Shown here piece by piece: positions 1 through 10,285 of a stretch of DNA of 46,270 nucleotides; position 1 is the first letter of the stretch, and each line of letters starts with the position of its first letter. A program made the translations under genes and the position numbers. The notes beneath the pieces are model-generated. The model was not told where the DNA came from. It ran no database searches and worked only from the letters and a program-made list of their open reading frames with translations. The DNA lies in the sequence record DRR378314_1470, one strand, 5' to 3'.

Positions 1-1233
1 CCATTTGGCGATGACCACCTTCTGCTGGTTCCCACCCGAAAGCAGGCGAACTTCCTGCACATCTGAAGGTGTACGAATGCCCAACTGCTTGATGTAGGTT
101 TTGGCGCTGTTGCTGATTTTGCCGTCGTTCAGAACGCCGCCCGCACCAGTGAACAGGTCCATCGAAGCAAGCGCGATGTTGTCGCGCACGTTCATGCCGG
201 TGGCGAGGCCAAAGTGCTTTCGGTCTTCTGAAAGATACCCAATCCCCGCTTTGACGGCGTCGGTAGGGGATTTGATGGAAATCACCCGACCATGCACCCG
301 GATTTCGCCGCTATCCTTGGGGTCAGCTCCGAAGATGGCGCGCGCGACCTCGGTTCGGCCCGCGCCCATCAGGCCGGCAAGGCCGAGAATTTCACCCTTC
401 TGAACTGAAAAACTAACATCCTGTATCTCTTTGCCTCGGCTCAGTCCGCTGACCTGCAAAGACATCTCGGCGTCGCCCAGATCAGGCACATCCAACGGCT
501 CTTCCTTGACCTCTCGGCCCACCATCATGGCGATAATCTGGCTGATTGGGGTTTCCGCGGCGACTACCGTACCGACGTATTCACCATCGCGCATCACTGT
601 CACGCGGTCCGATATCTGTTTCAGCTCGTCCATTTTGTGGCTGATATAGACGATGCCAACACCTTCAGCCTTGAGGCGGCGGATGATCACGAACAGCTCG
701 GCAATCTCGGCGTCGTTCAGGGCCGCCGTCGGCTCATCCATGATCAGCACCTTGGATCGAAAGGATAACGCCTTGGCGATCTCGACCATCTGCTGTTTTG
801 CGATGGTCAGGCTGCCCACCAGCGCCCTGGGATCAAGGTTCAGGTTCATCGAGGCAAATATCTCGGCTGTTTGCGCATTCAACGTGGCCTCATCCAGGCG
901 GCCAAAGCTCTTGCGTGGTTCACGCCCAATGAAGATGTTTTGCGCCACGGTCAGATCGTTCATCAGGCTCAGTTCCTGATGGATGATCCCGATGCCCAGA
1001 TCCTGCGCTTCGCGCGGGGATTTCGGGCTGACCTCTTGCCCTTCGATCATGAGGGTCCCGCCGTCGCGTTGATAGATACCCGACAGGATCTTCATCAACG
1101 TGCTTTTTCCGGCACCGTTCTCCCCCATCAGCGCGTGAACTTCGCCCGGATCAAGATCGAACTGCACGGATTTGAGCGCGTGCACACCGGGGAAAAACTT
1201 ATCAATCCCCGTCATGTCGACCAGTTTGGACAT
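1..1233 (-). CDS. Monosaccharide ABC transporter ATP-binding protein (RbsA/MglA-type, two ABC domains); 3' end runs off the window
   Basis: Not in the ORF track (no stop in window). Manual translation from ATG at 1233 (SD GGGAGGG): [20 protein letters not shown]...[14 protein letters not shown] (Walker A)...[10 protein letters not shown]...[15 protein letters not shown] at the window edge. Confidence 0.93.
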   Translation of the reverse strand, partial: MSKLVDMTGIDKFFPGVHALKSVQFDLDPGEVHALMGENGAGKSTLMKILSGIYQRDGGTLMIEGQEVSPKSPREAQDLGIGIIHQELSLMNDLTVAQNIFIGREPRKSFGRLDEATLNAQTAEIFASMNLNLDPRALVGSLTIAKQQMVEIAKALSFRSKVLIMDEPTAALNDAEIAELFVIIRRLKAEGVGIVYISHKMDELKQISDRVTVMRDGEYVGTVVAAETPISQIIAMMVGREVKEEPLDVPDLGDAEMSLQVSGLSRGKEIQDVSFSVQKGEILGLAGLMGAGRTEVARAIFGADPKDSGEIRVHGRVISIKSPTDAVKAGIGYLSEDRKHFGLATGMNVRDNIALASMDLFTGAGGVLNDGKISNSAKTYIKQLGIRTPSDVQEVRLLSGGNQQKVVIAKW

Positions 1234-1269
1234 ATTCCCTCCCATTTGCGCCTTTGTTCCAGTTGCGGA

Positions 1270-2823
1270 TTACATGACGGCGCCGATTTGCCAGGGGACG
1301 AATTCGACGCCTCCAAAGCCAAGCGTCTCGCTTTTGGTTTTCTCGCCCGAGGCGACCCGGATCAGGATTTCGAACAACTCTTCGCCCTTGGTTTCGATGC
1401 TGATCCCGTCGGTCACGATGTCGCCGCAGTTCAGGTCCATGTCGTCAGCCATGCGGGCATACATCTCGGAATTGGTGGCCAGCTTGATGCAGGGCGTGGG
1501 CTGATAGCCCGAGACCGAGCCACGACCGGTGGTAAACACGATGAGGTTCGCGCCAGAAGCCACCTGCCCGGTTACCGAACACGGATCAAACCCGGGGCTG
1601 TCCATAAAGACGAACCCGTGCTTGTCGATCCTTTCACCGAACATATAGACATCACGCAGCGGCGCTGTGCCGCCTTTGGCGACTGCGCCCAGCGATTTTT
1701 CCAAAATGGTCGTCAGCCCGCCGCGCTTGTTGCCGGGGCTTGGATTATTGTCCATCTCACCGCCATTGCGGGCGGTGTAATCCTCCCACCAGTGGATGCG
1801 CTCGATCAGCTTTTCACCAACATCAACTGTCTCGGCCCGGCGGGTCAGCAGGTGCTCTGCACCGTAGATCTCTGAGGTTTCCGACAAGATGGTCGTGCCC
1901 CCGTGGCGCACCAGCAGATCCGAGGCATATCCCAGCGCCGGGTTCGCGGTGATCCCCGAATACCCGTCCGACCCCCCGCATTGCATACCAACCGTGATGG
2001 CACTGACAGGGGCTGGGCTGCGTTCTGCCTGATTGGCCAGTTCCGCAATGCCCCGCAGCTCATCCAGCCCCCGCTCGATTGTGCGGCGGGTTCCACCTTC
2101 GGTCTGAATGGTCATATAGCGCAGGACGCCATCGGCGCGGATCGGGCGACCATCAACAAGGTCTGCAATCTGCATGACTTCACATCCCAGCCCGATCAGT
2201 AGAATGCCGCCGAAATTTGGATGCTGGGCATATCCGGCCAATGTGCGGAACAAGGTAGCATAGCCCTCATCTTTGCCCGACATCCCACAGCCTGTGCCAT
2301 GCACGATCGGAACCACACCGTCCACATTTGGGAAGCTGTCCAAAAGCCCGGATTTTTCGGCCGCTTCCGCGATGAACCGCGCCACCGAACCCGAACAGTT
2401 CACGGTTGTCAGAATGCCGATATAGTTGCGGGTGCCCACTTTTCCGTCGGTCCGGTGAAATCCCGCAAATGTCCGCCCTTCCGACAGGACAGGCAAAGGC
2501 GTGTTCGCGCTGGCATGTGCATAGTCCTGCTGATGCGCGCCCATACCCAGATTGTGCACGTGGACATGCGCGCCCGGCTCGATATCGCATGTGGCCTGCC
2601 CGATAATCTGGCCATAGCGGATGACGTTCTCACCGGCCTGAATAGGGGCCACGGCAATCTTATGACCCCGGGCGACAGAGGCGGCCAACGGCACGGAAAC
2701 AGGCGCTGGCTGCTCACCCGCCTGCAAATCGCGCAGCGCAATAACGATATTATCTTGTGGGTTAAGCCGCACGACATCACGCGCTGCACCCTCAAGAACA
2801 TTTATACCGCTGCGTGCTTGCAT
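1270..2823 (-). CDS. UxaA/GarD-family (D-altronate dehydratase-like) sugar-acid dehydratase with N-terminal SAF domain
   Basis: SAF motif GHKIA...VIRYGQIIG...HVHVHN, then GTRNYIGI, HGTGCG, QCGGSDGYSGITANPALG, NNPSPGNKRGGLTTILEKSLG, FTTGRGS. Start moved to ATG 2823 (purine-rich GGGGAAGAG upstream). Confidence 0.9.
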   Translation of the reverse strand: MQARSGINVLEGAARDVVRLNPQDNIVIALRDLQAGEQPAPVSVPLAASVARGHKIAVAPIQAGENVIRYGQIIGQATCDIEPGAHVHVHNLGMGAHQQDYAHASANTPLPVLSEGRTFAGFHRTDGKVGTRNYIGILTTVNCSGSVARFIAEAAEKSGLLDSFPNVDGVVPIVHGTGCGMSGKDEGYATLFRTLAGYAQHPNFGGILLIGLGCEVMQIADLVDGRPIRADGVLRYMTIQTEGGTRRTIERGLDELRGIAELANQAERSPAPVSAITVGMQCGGSDGYSGITANPALGYASDLLVRHGGTTILSETSEIYGAEHLLTRRAETVDVGEKLIERIHWWEDYTARNGGEMDNNPSPGNKRGGLTTILEKSLGAVAKGGTAPLRDVYMFGERIDKHGFVFMDSPGFDPCSVTGQVASGANLIVFTTGRGSVSGYQPTPCIKLATNSEMYARMADDMDLNCGDIVTDGISIETKGEELFEILIRVASGEKTKSETLGFGGVEFVPWQIGAVM

Positions 2824-2854
2824 CTCTTCCCCGCTTGCTTGTCTCATGTTGCTA

Positions 2855-2889
2855 AGGTGAACTTCACCTCTTGTCAACTAACATGTTAG
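2855..2889. promoter_or_regulatory. Candidate operators in the divergent dehydratase/gntR promoter
   Basis: Perfect 12-bp palindrome CTAACATGTTAG (2878-2889) and AGGTGAA-C-TTCACCT (2855-2869) in an 83-bp divergent gap. Confidence 0.5.
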
Positions 2890-2906
2890 AATGTTAATTA
2901 GGAAAC

Positions 2907-3644
2907 ATGACCAAACACCAAGATATTGACGCGACACTATTGCCCGAGATCACGACGACCGAAGGGTCGCTGAGCCAGCGGGTTCACCACGCTATGAAGC
3001 AAGCAATCCTGGCGCTGGACTTTCCGCCCGGTGCAAACCTGCGCAAGGCACCGGTTTGCGAACGACTTGGCGTATCGCGCGCGCCTGTGGCGGATGCGAT
3101 TGCCCGCCTGGCCTCGGAAGGGTTGGTGGATGTGGTGCCGCAATCGGGTACGCGCGTGTCCTACTTTTCTATGGACGAGATCCGCGAAGGTGCTTTCCTG
3201 CGCGAGGCGCTGGAACTTGCTACAGTTGCCAAGGTAACGCGCGACCTGACCGACGATCAGCGCAAAAGGCTGAGCCGCAACATGCGCCTACAGGAGCTGT
3301 TGATCGAAGACGACGATATCCCAGGATTCTATCAGGCAGATGAAGAGTTCCACGGCTTACTGATGGAATTCACAGGCTTTCGCCGCCTCGCTGATGTCTC
3401 TCAGACTGTCTCGCTGCAGGTGAGCCGCGCCCGGATGCTGTTGTTGCCGACGCCGGGTCGGATCGCCGAAACCCTTGCAGAACATCGGGCCATCTTTGAG
3501 GCGATCAGCAACCGTGATGAGCGGGCAGCCCAGGACGCGATGCGCGCGCATCTGGGACAGTTGATGCCACGTATCGAACAGCTGGAACAACAAAAGCCAC
3601 AATTGTTCAATCTTACCCCACAGCTGCAGAGCGAGGCAGGATGA
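2907..3644 (+). CDS. GntR-family transcriptional regulator (FCD domain)
   Basis: wHTH LGVSRAPVADAIARLASEGLVDVVPQSGT; FCD features DEEFH and EHRAIFEAI...AMRAHL. Confidence 0.92.
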   Translation: MTKHQDIDATLLPEITTTEGSLSQRVHHAMKQAILALDFPPGANLRKAPVCERLGVSRAPVADAIARLASEGLVDVVPQSGTRVSYFSMDEIREGAFLREALELATVAKVTRDLTDDQRKRLSRNMRLQELLIEDDDIPGFYQADEEFHGLLMEFTGFRRLADVSQTVSLQVSRARMLLLPTPGRIAETLAEHRAIFEAISNRDERAAQDAMRAHLGQLMPRIEQLEQQKPQLFNLTPQLQSEAG

Positions 3645-4693
3645 CCGTTTCCCGGACAGAATTACTGAACGACCGCACCACGCGACCCGTCCCCCTGACC
3701 CGCATGGGTTTTGGCGGGGCGCCGCTGGGAAACCTCTATCGCAAAGTGTCCGATGAGGATGCACAAGCGGCCTTGCAAGCCGCGTATGATACAGGCATCC
3801 GGTTTTTTGATACCGCCCCGCAATACGGGCTGGGCCGTTCTGAGCATCGGTTCGGAGAGGCAATCGCCCGATTTGGTCGCGACAATATTCAACTGTCGAC
3901 CAAGATCGGCCGCTTGCTGCTGGATTGTGAACCACATGAGGTAACGCCCGAGGCCTTCGTGGATGTTCCCCAGAAACGCATCGTGTTCGATTACACCTAT
4001 GACGGGGTGATGCGATCTTATGAGGCCAGCCGCGAACGGATCGGGGCTGCCAACGCGGATATTCTGTTGGTGCACGATGTCTGTGCCTTCAGCCAAGGCA
4101 GTCAGGAAAAGTCGGACGCAAAGGTGCGCGAGTTGTTCGATGGCGGCGGCTACAAGGCGCTGGTTGAATTGCGCGATGCCGGTGAAATTGCGGCCATCGG
4201 TGCAGGCGTAAATGAATGGCAGGTCTGCGAAAGGCTGCTGGGGTTGGGCGACTTTGACGGCTTCCTGCTGGCCGGGCGCTACACGTTGCTGGAACAAGAG
4301 GCGTTGGACAGTTTCCTACCCCTTTGTGAAAAGCGGGATGTAGGGATCATTCTGGGCGGGCCCTATAATTCAGGAATTCTAGCTACCGGCGCTGTTCCAG
4401 GAGCCAAATACAACTACGCCGATGCACCCGAGGCCATTCTGGATCAGGTGCGCAAGATTGAGGCAATCTGCACCGCGCATGACACGCCACTGATCGCCGC
4501 CGCGTTGCAGTTCGTTCTGGGCCATCCGTGCGTCAAAACCGTGGTTCCCGGTGCGGTTAACGTTGCCGAAGTGCAGGCCAATGTCGCCCTGCTGGACCAT
4601 GAAATCCCCACCTCGCTTTGGTCGGATCTGCGCACCGAAAACCTGATCCGTCCCGATGCCCCCTTACCGAAAGAGGCCGCCAATGCTGCGTGA
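3641..4693 (+). CDS. Aldo/keto reductase, L-fucose/D-threo-aldose 1-dehydrogenase-like
   Basis: GFGGAPLGNLY, FFDTAPQYGLGRSE, STKIGRLL, FDYTYDG, LLAGRYTLL; ATGA overlap with gntR. Confidence 0.85.
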   Translation: MTVSRTELLNDRTTRPVPLTRMGFGGAPLGNLYRKVSDEDAQAALQAAYDTGIRFFDTAPQYGLGRSEHRFGEAIARFGRDNIQLSTKIGRLLLDCEPHEVTPEAFVDVPQKRIVFDYTYDGVMRSYEASRERIGAANADILLVHDVCAFSQGSQEKSDAKVRELFDGGGYKALVELRDAGEIAAIGAGVNEWQVCERLLGLGDFDGFLLAGRYTLLEQEALDSFLPLCEKRDVGIILGGPYNSGILATGAVPGAKYNYADAPEAILDQVRKIEAICTAHDTPLIAAALQFVLGHPCVKTVVPGAVNVAEVQANVALLDHEIPTSLWSDLRTENLIRPDAPLPKEAANAA

Positions 4694-5111
4694 TATCGAC
4701 CCGATCCTGTCGCCAGAACTGCTCTACACTCTCCGCGCAATGGGCCATGGCGACGAAATCGTGATCGCGGATGCGAACTTTCCGGGTTCCAGCGCCGGGC
4801 CAGAATGCATCCGCGCCGACGGGTCCTCGGCCAGTGAGATATTAAAGGCGGTGCTGTCGGTGATGCCATTGGACACGTTCGTACCTGATCCAGCGCTGAC
4901 AATGCAGGTGGTTGGTGATCCCGAGGCCGTGCCTGTAGCCGTGGCCGATTTTCAGAGCATCATCGACGCAACGGCGGACAATCCCCAGCGCATTCAGGGA
5001 TTGGAGCGGTTCGCTTTCTACGACCGCGCTGCCAATGCGTTCGCCATCGTCCAGACAGGTGAACGCAGGCTCTACGGCAACATCATCCTGAAAAAAGGCG
5101 TCATCGGATGA
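4683..5111 (+). CDS. fucU: RbsD/FucU-family mutarotase (probable L-fucose mutarotase)
   Basis: MLRDIDPILSPELL...MGHGDEIVIADANFP...ERFAFY...TGERRLYGNIILKKGVI; start moved to ATG 4683. Confidence 0.88.
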   Translation: MLRDIDPILSPELLYTLRAMGHGDEIVIADANFPGSSAGPECIRADGSSASEILKAVLSVMPLDTFVPDPALTMQVVGDPEAVPVAVADFQSIIDATADNPQRIQGLERFAFYDRAANAFAIVQTGERRLYGNIILKKGVIG

Positions 5112-5938
5112 AAATCGACGCGCATCAGCATTTCTGGGCTTTGGCGCGAGGCGACTATGGCTGGCTGACGCCCGCGCTGGGTGCGATCCACCGGGATTTC
5201 ACACCAGACGAACTGACACCTTTGCTCAGTGCGGCCGGGATTGACGGCACGGTGCTTGTGCAGGCCGCCCCGACAGTGGCCGAAACTGAATACTTGCTTT
5301 CTTTGGCCGATGAGAATGCGTTCATCAAAGGTGTTGTCGGTTGGGTTGACTTTGAAGCAGCGAATGCGCCAGCGCAAATCTCGGCCTTGGCGGCACACCC
5401 GGCATTTGTTGGCCTGCGTCCGATGATACAGGACATCGCCGATCCTGTGTGGATGCTTGGCGACACGTTGACCCCAGCCTTTGAAGCCCTTCAACTGGCT
5501 GATCTGACCTTCGATGCCTTGACGTTGCCCGAACATCTCAAACCGCTCAGGACCCTGCTTGCGCGCCACCCTGATATGCGTGTGGTGATCGATCATGGAT
5601 CGAAGCCGTTGATCAAAGATGCAATCATACGCGACTGGGCAGATGATATGGCTGTGTTGGCCCGCGAAACCAACGCCTGGTGCAAGCTCTCTGGTCTTGT
5701 CACCGAGGCAAAGGCGGATTGGTCACTTGAAGATCTGAGTCCCTATGTGGATCATTTGCTCGACAGCTTCGGCCCGTCTCGTTTGATCTGGGGCAGCGAC
5801 TGGCCCGTTTGCACTTTGGCCAGCACTTACGACCGCTGGTTAGAAACCACCGACGCATTGCTGAGCCAGCTAAGCCACGCAGAACGTCAGGCAATCATGG
5901 GCGGCAATGCCACCCGAGCCTATAGTCTCAGGGATTGA
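5108..5938 (+). CDS. Amidohydrolase_2 family lactonase (L-fuconolactonase-like)
   Basis: IDAHQHFW, VLVQAA, VVGWVD, VIDHGSKP, CKLSGLVTEA, WGSDWPV. Confidence 0.85.
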   Translation: MKIDAHQHFWALARGDYGWLTPALGAIHRDFTPDELTPLLSAAGIDGTVLVQAAPTVAETEYLLSLADENAFIKGVVGWVDFEAANAPAQISALAAHPAFVGLRPMIQDIADPVWMLGDTLTPAFEALQLADLTFDALTLPEHLKPLRTLLARHPDMRVVIDHGSKPLIKDAIIRDWADDMAVLARETNAWCKLSGLVTEAKADWSLEDLSPYVDHLLDSFGPSRLIWGSDWPVCTLASTYDRWLETTDALLSQLSHAERQAIMGGNATRAYSLRD

Positions 5939-5939
5939 A

Positions 5940-7052
5940 ATGATCATACCGACACTGGATTCAGACGGCCTGTGGCTTGGGCGCGTTGAACGCGCCGGGA
6001 TCGGCCCCAGCATAGTGACCCTGCGCCAGGGACGTGTCGTGGATATCACCTCAGCCACGGCGCCCACCGCCCGGGATGTATTGGAACGTGACGACGCGGC
6101 GGACTATCTGCGTGCTGCCAAAGGTGAAGACGTCGGCCCGTTGGAGGCAGATCATCGCTGGCTCGCCCCGTGCGACCTGCAAGCTGTGAAAGCCTGTGGC
6201 GTGACCTTTGCCGGTTCGATGGTCGAACGCGTGATCGAGGAACAGGCCGCGGGCGATCCCGCCAAGGCAGATGCGATCCGAGCGCGCATCGGCGACAGGA
6301 TTGGCGACAGCCTGTCCAACATCGTACCGGGGTCAGAGGCAGCCGCGCAAGTCAAAGAGGCACTGGTCACCGAGGGCCTCTGGAGTCCGTATCTTGAGGT
6401 CGGCATTGGCCCCGATGCCGAAGTTTTTTCCAAGGCACAGGTCTTATCCTCGGTTGGGTTCGGCGCGGATATCGGGCTTCACCCGATTTCAACCTGGAAC
6501 AACCCTGAACCCGAAGTGGTTCTGGCCGTGACATCGCAGGGCCAGATCAAGGGCGCAACACTTGGCAATGACGTCAATCTGCGCGACGTCGAAGGGCGAT
6601 CAGCCCTGTTGCTAAGCAAGGCCAAGGACAACAACGCGTCTTGTGCGATCGGGCCCATGATACGGCTGTTTGACGAAACCTTTTCGTTGGACGACATACG
6701 TCAGGCCGAATTGACGCTTACCGTCTCTGGACCGGAAGGTTTTGTGCTGAATGGCAGTTCGTCCATGTCCCAGATCAGCCGCGATCCGGCAGATCTGGTG
6801 GGGCAAACCATCGGGCGTCATCACCAATATCCTGACGGGTTGATGCTGTTTCTCGGCACGCTGTTTGCCCCAACCCAGGACCGCGACACACCCGGCGGTG
6901 GGTTCACCCATAAATTGGGCGATATCGTCACCATTGCCAATGACCAGCTTGGAACGCTGACCAATACCGTGCGCCTGTCGACAGAATGCCCTGAATGGAC
7001 TTTCGGGGCGTCTCACCTGATGCGAAACCTCGCCCAACGGGGCTTGATATAA
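5940..7052 (+). CDS. FAH-family protein, XylX-like 2-keto-3-deoxy-D-pentonate dehydratase
   Basis: LAPCDLQAVKACGVTF..SMVERVIEE, YLEVGIGPDAEVFSK, WNNPEPE, GNDVNLRDVEGRSALLLSKAKDN, GFTHK; start moved to ATG 5940. Confidence 0.78.
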   Translation: MIIPTLDSDGLWLGRVERAGIGPSIVTLRQGRVVDITSATAPTARDVLERDDAADYLRAAKGEDVGPLEADHRWLAPCDLQAVKACGVTFAGSMVERVIEEQAAGDPAKADAIRARIGDRIGDSLSNIVPGSEAAAQVKEALVTEGLWSPYLEVGIGPDAEVFSKAQVLSSVGFGADIGLHPISTWNNPEPEVVLAVTSQGQIKGATLGNDVNLRDVEGRSALLLSKAKDNNASCAIGPMIRLFDETFSLDDIRQAELTLTVSGPEGFVLNGSSSMSQISRDPADLVGQTIGRHHQYPDGLMLFLGTLFAPTQDRDTPGGGFTHKLGDIVTIANDQLGTLTNTVRLSTECPEWTFGASHLMRNLAQRGLI

Positions 7053-7065
7053 GAGAAGTTTGAAC

Positions 7066-8568
7066 ATGTTAACCGGAAAACACCTGATCGCTGGCGAATG
7101 GATCAGCTCAGAACATACCTTCACATCAGACCCCGCCCATGGCCCCAGCCATGACTTTGCCATCGGGACACCCGCACTTGTCGACACTGCCGTGGAGGCC
7201 GCCGAAGATGCGTTTGCATCCTTCGGCTGGTCGACCCGTGCCGACCGTGCCGCATTGCTGCGCAAAATCGCCGACGAGATTGACGCGCGCGGAGATGCGA
7301 TCACTGAAATCGGAACTCAGGAAACCGGCCTGCCCGAGGCCCGTTTACAAGGAGAGCGGGGCCGCACGGTGGGTCAATTGCGCCTGTTTGCCGATCATAT
7401 CGAGGCCGGAGATTATCTGGACCATCGCCACGACCCTGCCCTGCCGGATCGTGCCCCCCTGCCCCGACCCGATTTGCACATGATCCAGCGCCCTCTGGGC
7501 CCGGTCGCGGTTTTTGGTGCGTCCAACTTTCCGCTCGCCTTTTCGGTCGCAGGCGGTGACACAGCCGCAGCCTTGGCCGCAGGTTGCCCCGTGGTGGTCA
7601 AAGGCCACCCGGCGCATCCCGGCACTGGAGAGATCGTAGCGCAGGCCATCGACGCCGCAATCAAGTCCACCAACACCCACCCCGGCGTGTTTTCATTGAT
7701 CCAGAGCAACGGGATCGAGGTCGGCACGGCATTGGCGAAGCACCCTTTGGTCCGCGCGGTCGGTTTCACCGGGTCTCTGCGTGCGGGTCGCGCCCTGTTT
7801 GACCTGTGCGCGCAGCGCGACGAACCCATTCCCTTCTTTGGTGAGCTGGGCTCGGTCAATCCGATGTTCATATTGCCGCAAGCTGCAGCCGCGCGCGGGG
7901 CTGAGATCGGCGCTGGGTGGGCCGCTTCGCTCAGCATGGGTGTCGGCCAATTCTGCACCAACCCAGGTATCGCGGTCATCATCGACGGGCCCGACGCGGA
8001 CGCGTTCCAGGCGGCAGCCCGGACCGGCCTGTCAGCAGTAGGCAGCCAAACCATGCTGACCGATGGCATTGCTGCCGCTTACCGGGATGGTGTTTCCCGT
8101 TTGGCCGCTGGAACAGGTGTTTCCAAGATTATGGGTACCAGCTGCGATGCGCGCGATGCGGCCCCCAATCTGTTCACGGTTTCAGGTGACGATTGGCTGG
8201 CGGATCATGCATTACAGGAAGAGGTATTTGGCCCGTCGGGCATCATCGTTCGCGTGAAAGATGCCGCGCAGATGAACCAGATCGCCCGTGCCACCCAAGG
8301 GCAACTGACGTGTACACTGCATCTGGACGAAGGCGACAAACCGGCGGCCCGGGCCCTCGTTCCACTCCTCGAACGCAAGGCAGGACGCCTGCTTGCCAAC
8401 AGCTTCCCCACCGGGGTCGAAGTCTGTGACAGCATGGTCCATGGCGGCCCCTATCCCGCATCAACCAACTTTGGCGCGACGTCCGTCGGCACGTTGTCGA
8501 TCCGGCGCTTTTTGCGGCCCGTTTGCTATCAAGATATTCCAACTGACCTTCTGCCCAACAACCTGTGA
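7066..8568 (+). CDS. NADP-dependent aldehyde dehydrogenase, alpha-ketoglutaric semialdehyde dehydrogenase-like
   Basis: VFGASNFPLAFSVAGGDTAAALAAGCPV, GFTGS, GELGSVNP, GQFCTNPG (catalytic Cys), EEVFGP, HGGPYPAST. Confidence 0.87.
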   Translation: MLTGKHLIAGEWISSEHTFTSDPAHGPSHDFAIGTPALVDTAVEAAEDAFASFGWSTRADRAALLRKIADEIDARGDAITEIGTQETGLPEARLQGERGRTVGQLRLFADHIEAGDYLDHRHDPALPDRAPLPRPDLHMIQRPLGPVAVFGASNFPLAFSVAGGDTAAALAAGCPVVVKGHPAHPGTGEIVAQAIDAAIKSTNTHPGVFSLIQSNGIEVGTALAKHPLVRAVGFTGSLRAGRALFDLCAQRDEPIPFFGELGSVNPMFILPQAAAARGAEIGAGWAASLSMGVGQFCTNPGIAVIIDGPDADAFQAAARTGLSAVGSQTMLTDGIAAAYRDGVSRLAAGTGVSKIMGTSCDARDAAPNLFTVSGDDWLADHALQEEVFGPSGIIVRVKDAAQMNQIARATQGQLTCTLHLDEGDKPAARALVPLLERKAGRLLANSFPTGVEVCDSMVHGGPYPASTNFGATSVGTLSIRRFLRPVCYQDIPTDLLPNNL

Positions 8569-8575
8569 GACACTC

Positions 8576-9331
8576 ATGACAACATTCAAAGCATCAAACC
8601 GTCTTGCGGGTAAAACCGTGCTTATTACCGCCGCTGGCCAAGGCATTGGCCGCGCAACAGCCGAGCTGTTTGCCGCCGAAGGGGCGCACGTCATCGCCAG
8701 CGATATCAACGATGCGGCCCTTGCGGAAATCGGCGATATAGATGGTATCCAACCCCTGAAACTGGACGTGACAGATGATGGCGCAGTAAAGGCTGCTGTG
8801 GCCGCCCTACCCAATCTGGACGTTTTGTTCAACTGTGGCGGTTACGTTGCGGGGGGGTCGATACTTGAATGCGCGGAAAGAGATTGGGACTTCAGCTTTG
8901 ACCTTAACGTCAAGTCCATGTTCCGCCTGATCCGACTGACCCTTCCCGGAATGCTAGAGGCGGGTGGTGGGTCAATTATCAACATGTCCTCGGTCGCGTC
9001 CTCAATGAAGGGTGTTCCAAACCGGTTTGCCTACTGTGCCTCGAAAGCGGCGGTGATCGGTCTGACGAAATCTGTAGCTGCCGATTTTGTCACGCAGGGC
9101 ATTCGCTGCAATGCCATCTGCCCCGGAACCGTCGACAGCCCGAGCCTGCATGACCGGCTGCGCGCCACCGGCGACTACGATCAAGCGATGTCCGATTTCA
9201 TCGCACGACAACCCATGGGGCGCATCGGAACAGCCGACGAAATCGCCGAACTTGCCCTGTACCTGGCCAGCGATGCCAGCAAATACACAACCGGACAGCC
9301 CTTTGCCATTGATGGCGGCTGGACGATCTAA
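8576..9331 (+). CDS. SDR oxidoreductase, 2-keto-3-deoxy-L-fuconate dehydrogenase-like
   Basis: TAAGQGIG, NMSSVASS..GVPNRFAYCASK (YxxxK), NAICPGTVDSPSL, ARQPMGR; start moved to ATG 8576. Confidence 0.85.
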   Translation: MTTFKASNRLAGKTVLITAAGQGIGRATAELFAAEGAHVIASDINDAALAEIGDIDGIQPLKLDVTDDGAVKAAVAALPNLDVLFNCGGYVAGGSILECAERDWDFSFDLNVKSMFRLIRLTLPGMLEAGGGSIINMSSVASSMKGVPNRFAYCASKAAVIGLTKSVAADFVTQGIRCNAICPGTVDSPSLHDRLRATGDYDQAMSDFIARQPMGRIGTADEIAELALYLASDASKYTTGQPFAIDGGWTI

Positions 9332-9350
9332 GCGACAAAGGATCAATACT

Positions 9351-10193
9351 ATGAAACTGCTACGCTTTGGCCCGAAAGGGGCTGAAAAACCCGGATTGCT
9401 GGACGCAGACGGCGCGATCCGTGACCTTTCTGGCGTGATCGACGACATCGCAGGCGATACGCTTGGGGATGAAATCATCGGACGACTGAAAGGAACGGAC
9501 CCCTTCAGCCTTCCGAAGGTCGAGGGCGAGCCGCGGATTGGCGCCTGCGTTGGTCAGGTCGGCAAGTTCATTTGCATTGGTCTGAACTATGCCGATCACG
9601 CCGCCGAGGCCGGAATGGAGCTGCCAGCCGAGCCCGTGATCTTCTTCAAAGCAACATCAGCCATCATCGGCCCCAATGACACAGTCGAAATCCCGCGCGG
9701 CTCGGTCAAGACGGATTGGGAGGTTGAACTGGGCGTCGTCATTGGTAAAGAGGCCAAATATGTCTCAGAAGCCGAAGCCTTAGATCATGTCGCCGGTTAT
9801 TGCGTAATCAACGACCTGTCAGAGCGTGACTTTCAGCTCCATCGCTCGGGCCAATGGGTCAAAGGTAAATCGGCTGACACCTTCGGCCCAATTGGTCCTT
9901 TTCTGGTGACACGGGATGAGGTCCCTGATCCGCAGAACCTGCCGATGTATCTTGAGGTCAACGGCCACCGCTATCAGGACGGATCAACCAAAACGATGCA
10001 TTTCAGTGTGGCAACCATCATTTCCCATCTGTCGCAATTCATGTCGCTGCAACCCGGTGATGTGATTTCTACCGGGACCCCTCCGGGTGTTGGAATGGGG
10101 CAGAATCCTCAGACCTATCTGAAACCCGGCGACAGGATGGAGCTGGGTATTGAAGGGCTGGGCGTCCAACAACAGGATGTCGTTGCGGGATAA
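9351..10193 (+). CDS. FAH-family hydrolase, 2,4-diketo-3-deoxy-L-fuconate hydrolase-like
   Basis: MKLLRFG..G.EKPG, CIGLNYADH, KTDWEVELG, NDLSERDFQ, GQWVKGKS, TGTPPGVG; start moved to ATG 9351. Confidence 0.85.
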   Translation: MKLLRFGPKGAEKPGLLDADGAIRDLSGVIDDIAGDTLGDEIIGRLKGTDPFSLPKVEGEPRIGACVGQVGKFICIGLNYADHAAEAGMELPAEPVIFFKATSAIIGPNDTVEIPRGSVKTDWEVELGVVIGKEAKYVSEAEALDHVAGYCVINDLSERDFQLHRSGQWVKGKSADTFGPIGPFLVTRDEVPDPQNLPMYLEVNGHRYQDGSTKTMHFSVATIISHLSQFMSLQPGDVISTGTPPGVGMGQNPQTYLKPGDRMELGIEGLGVQQQDVVAG

Positions 10194-10285
10194 CCCGAAA
10201 GGGGTCTCGCAAACCGACAATCCACCTCGACGCAACTCCAGATGCGTGTGCATGCTGCCGCGCAGGATTCATTGAATGATAGATG

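Noticed and set aside
871-1875. 334-aa plus-strand ORF and many similar 60-290 aa antisense or alternate-frame ORFs across the window
   Set aside because: They are shadows of well-supported genes on the other strand or frame and have no recognisable motifs
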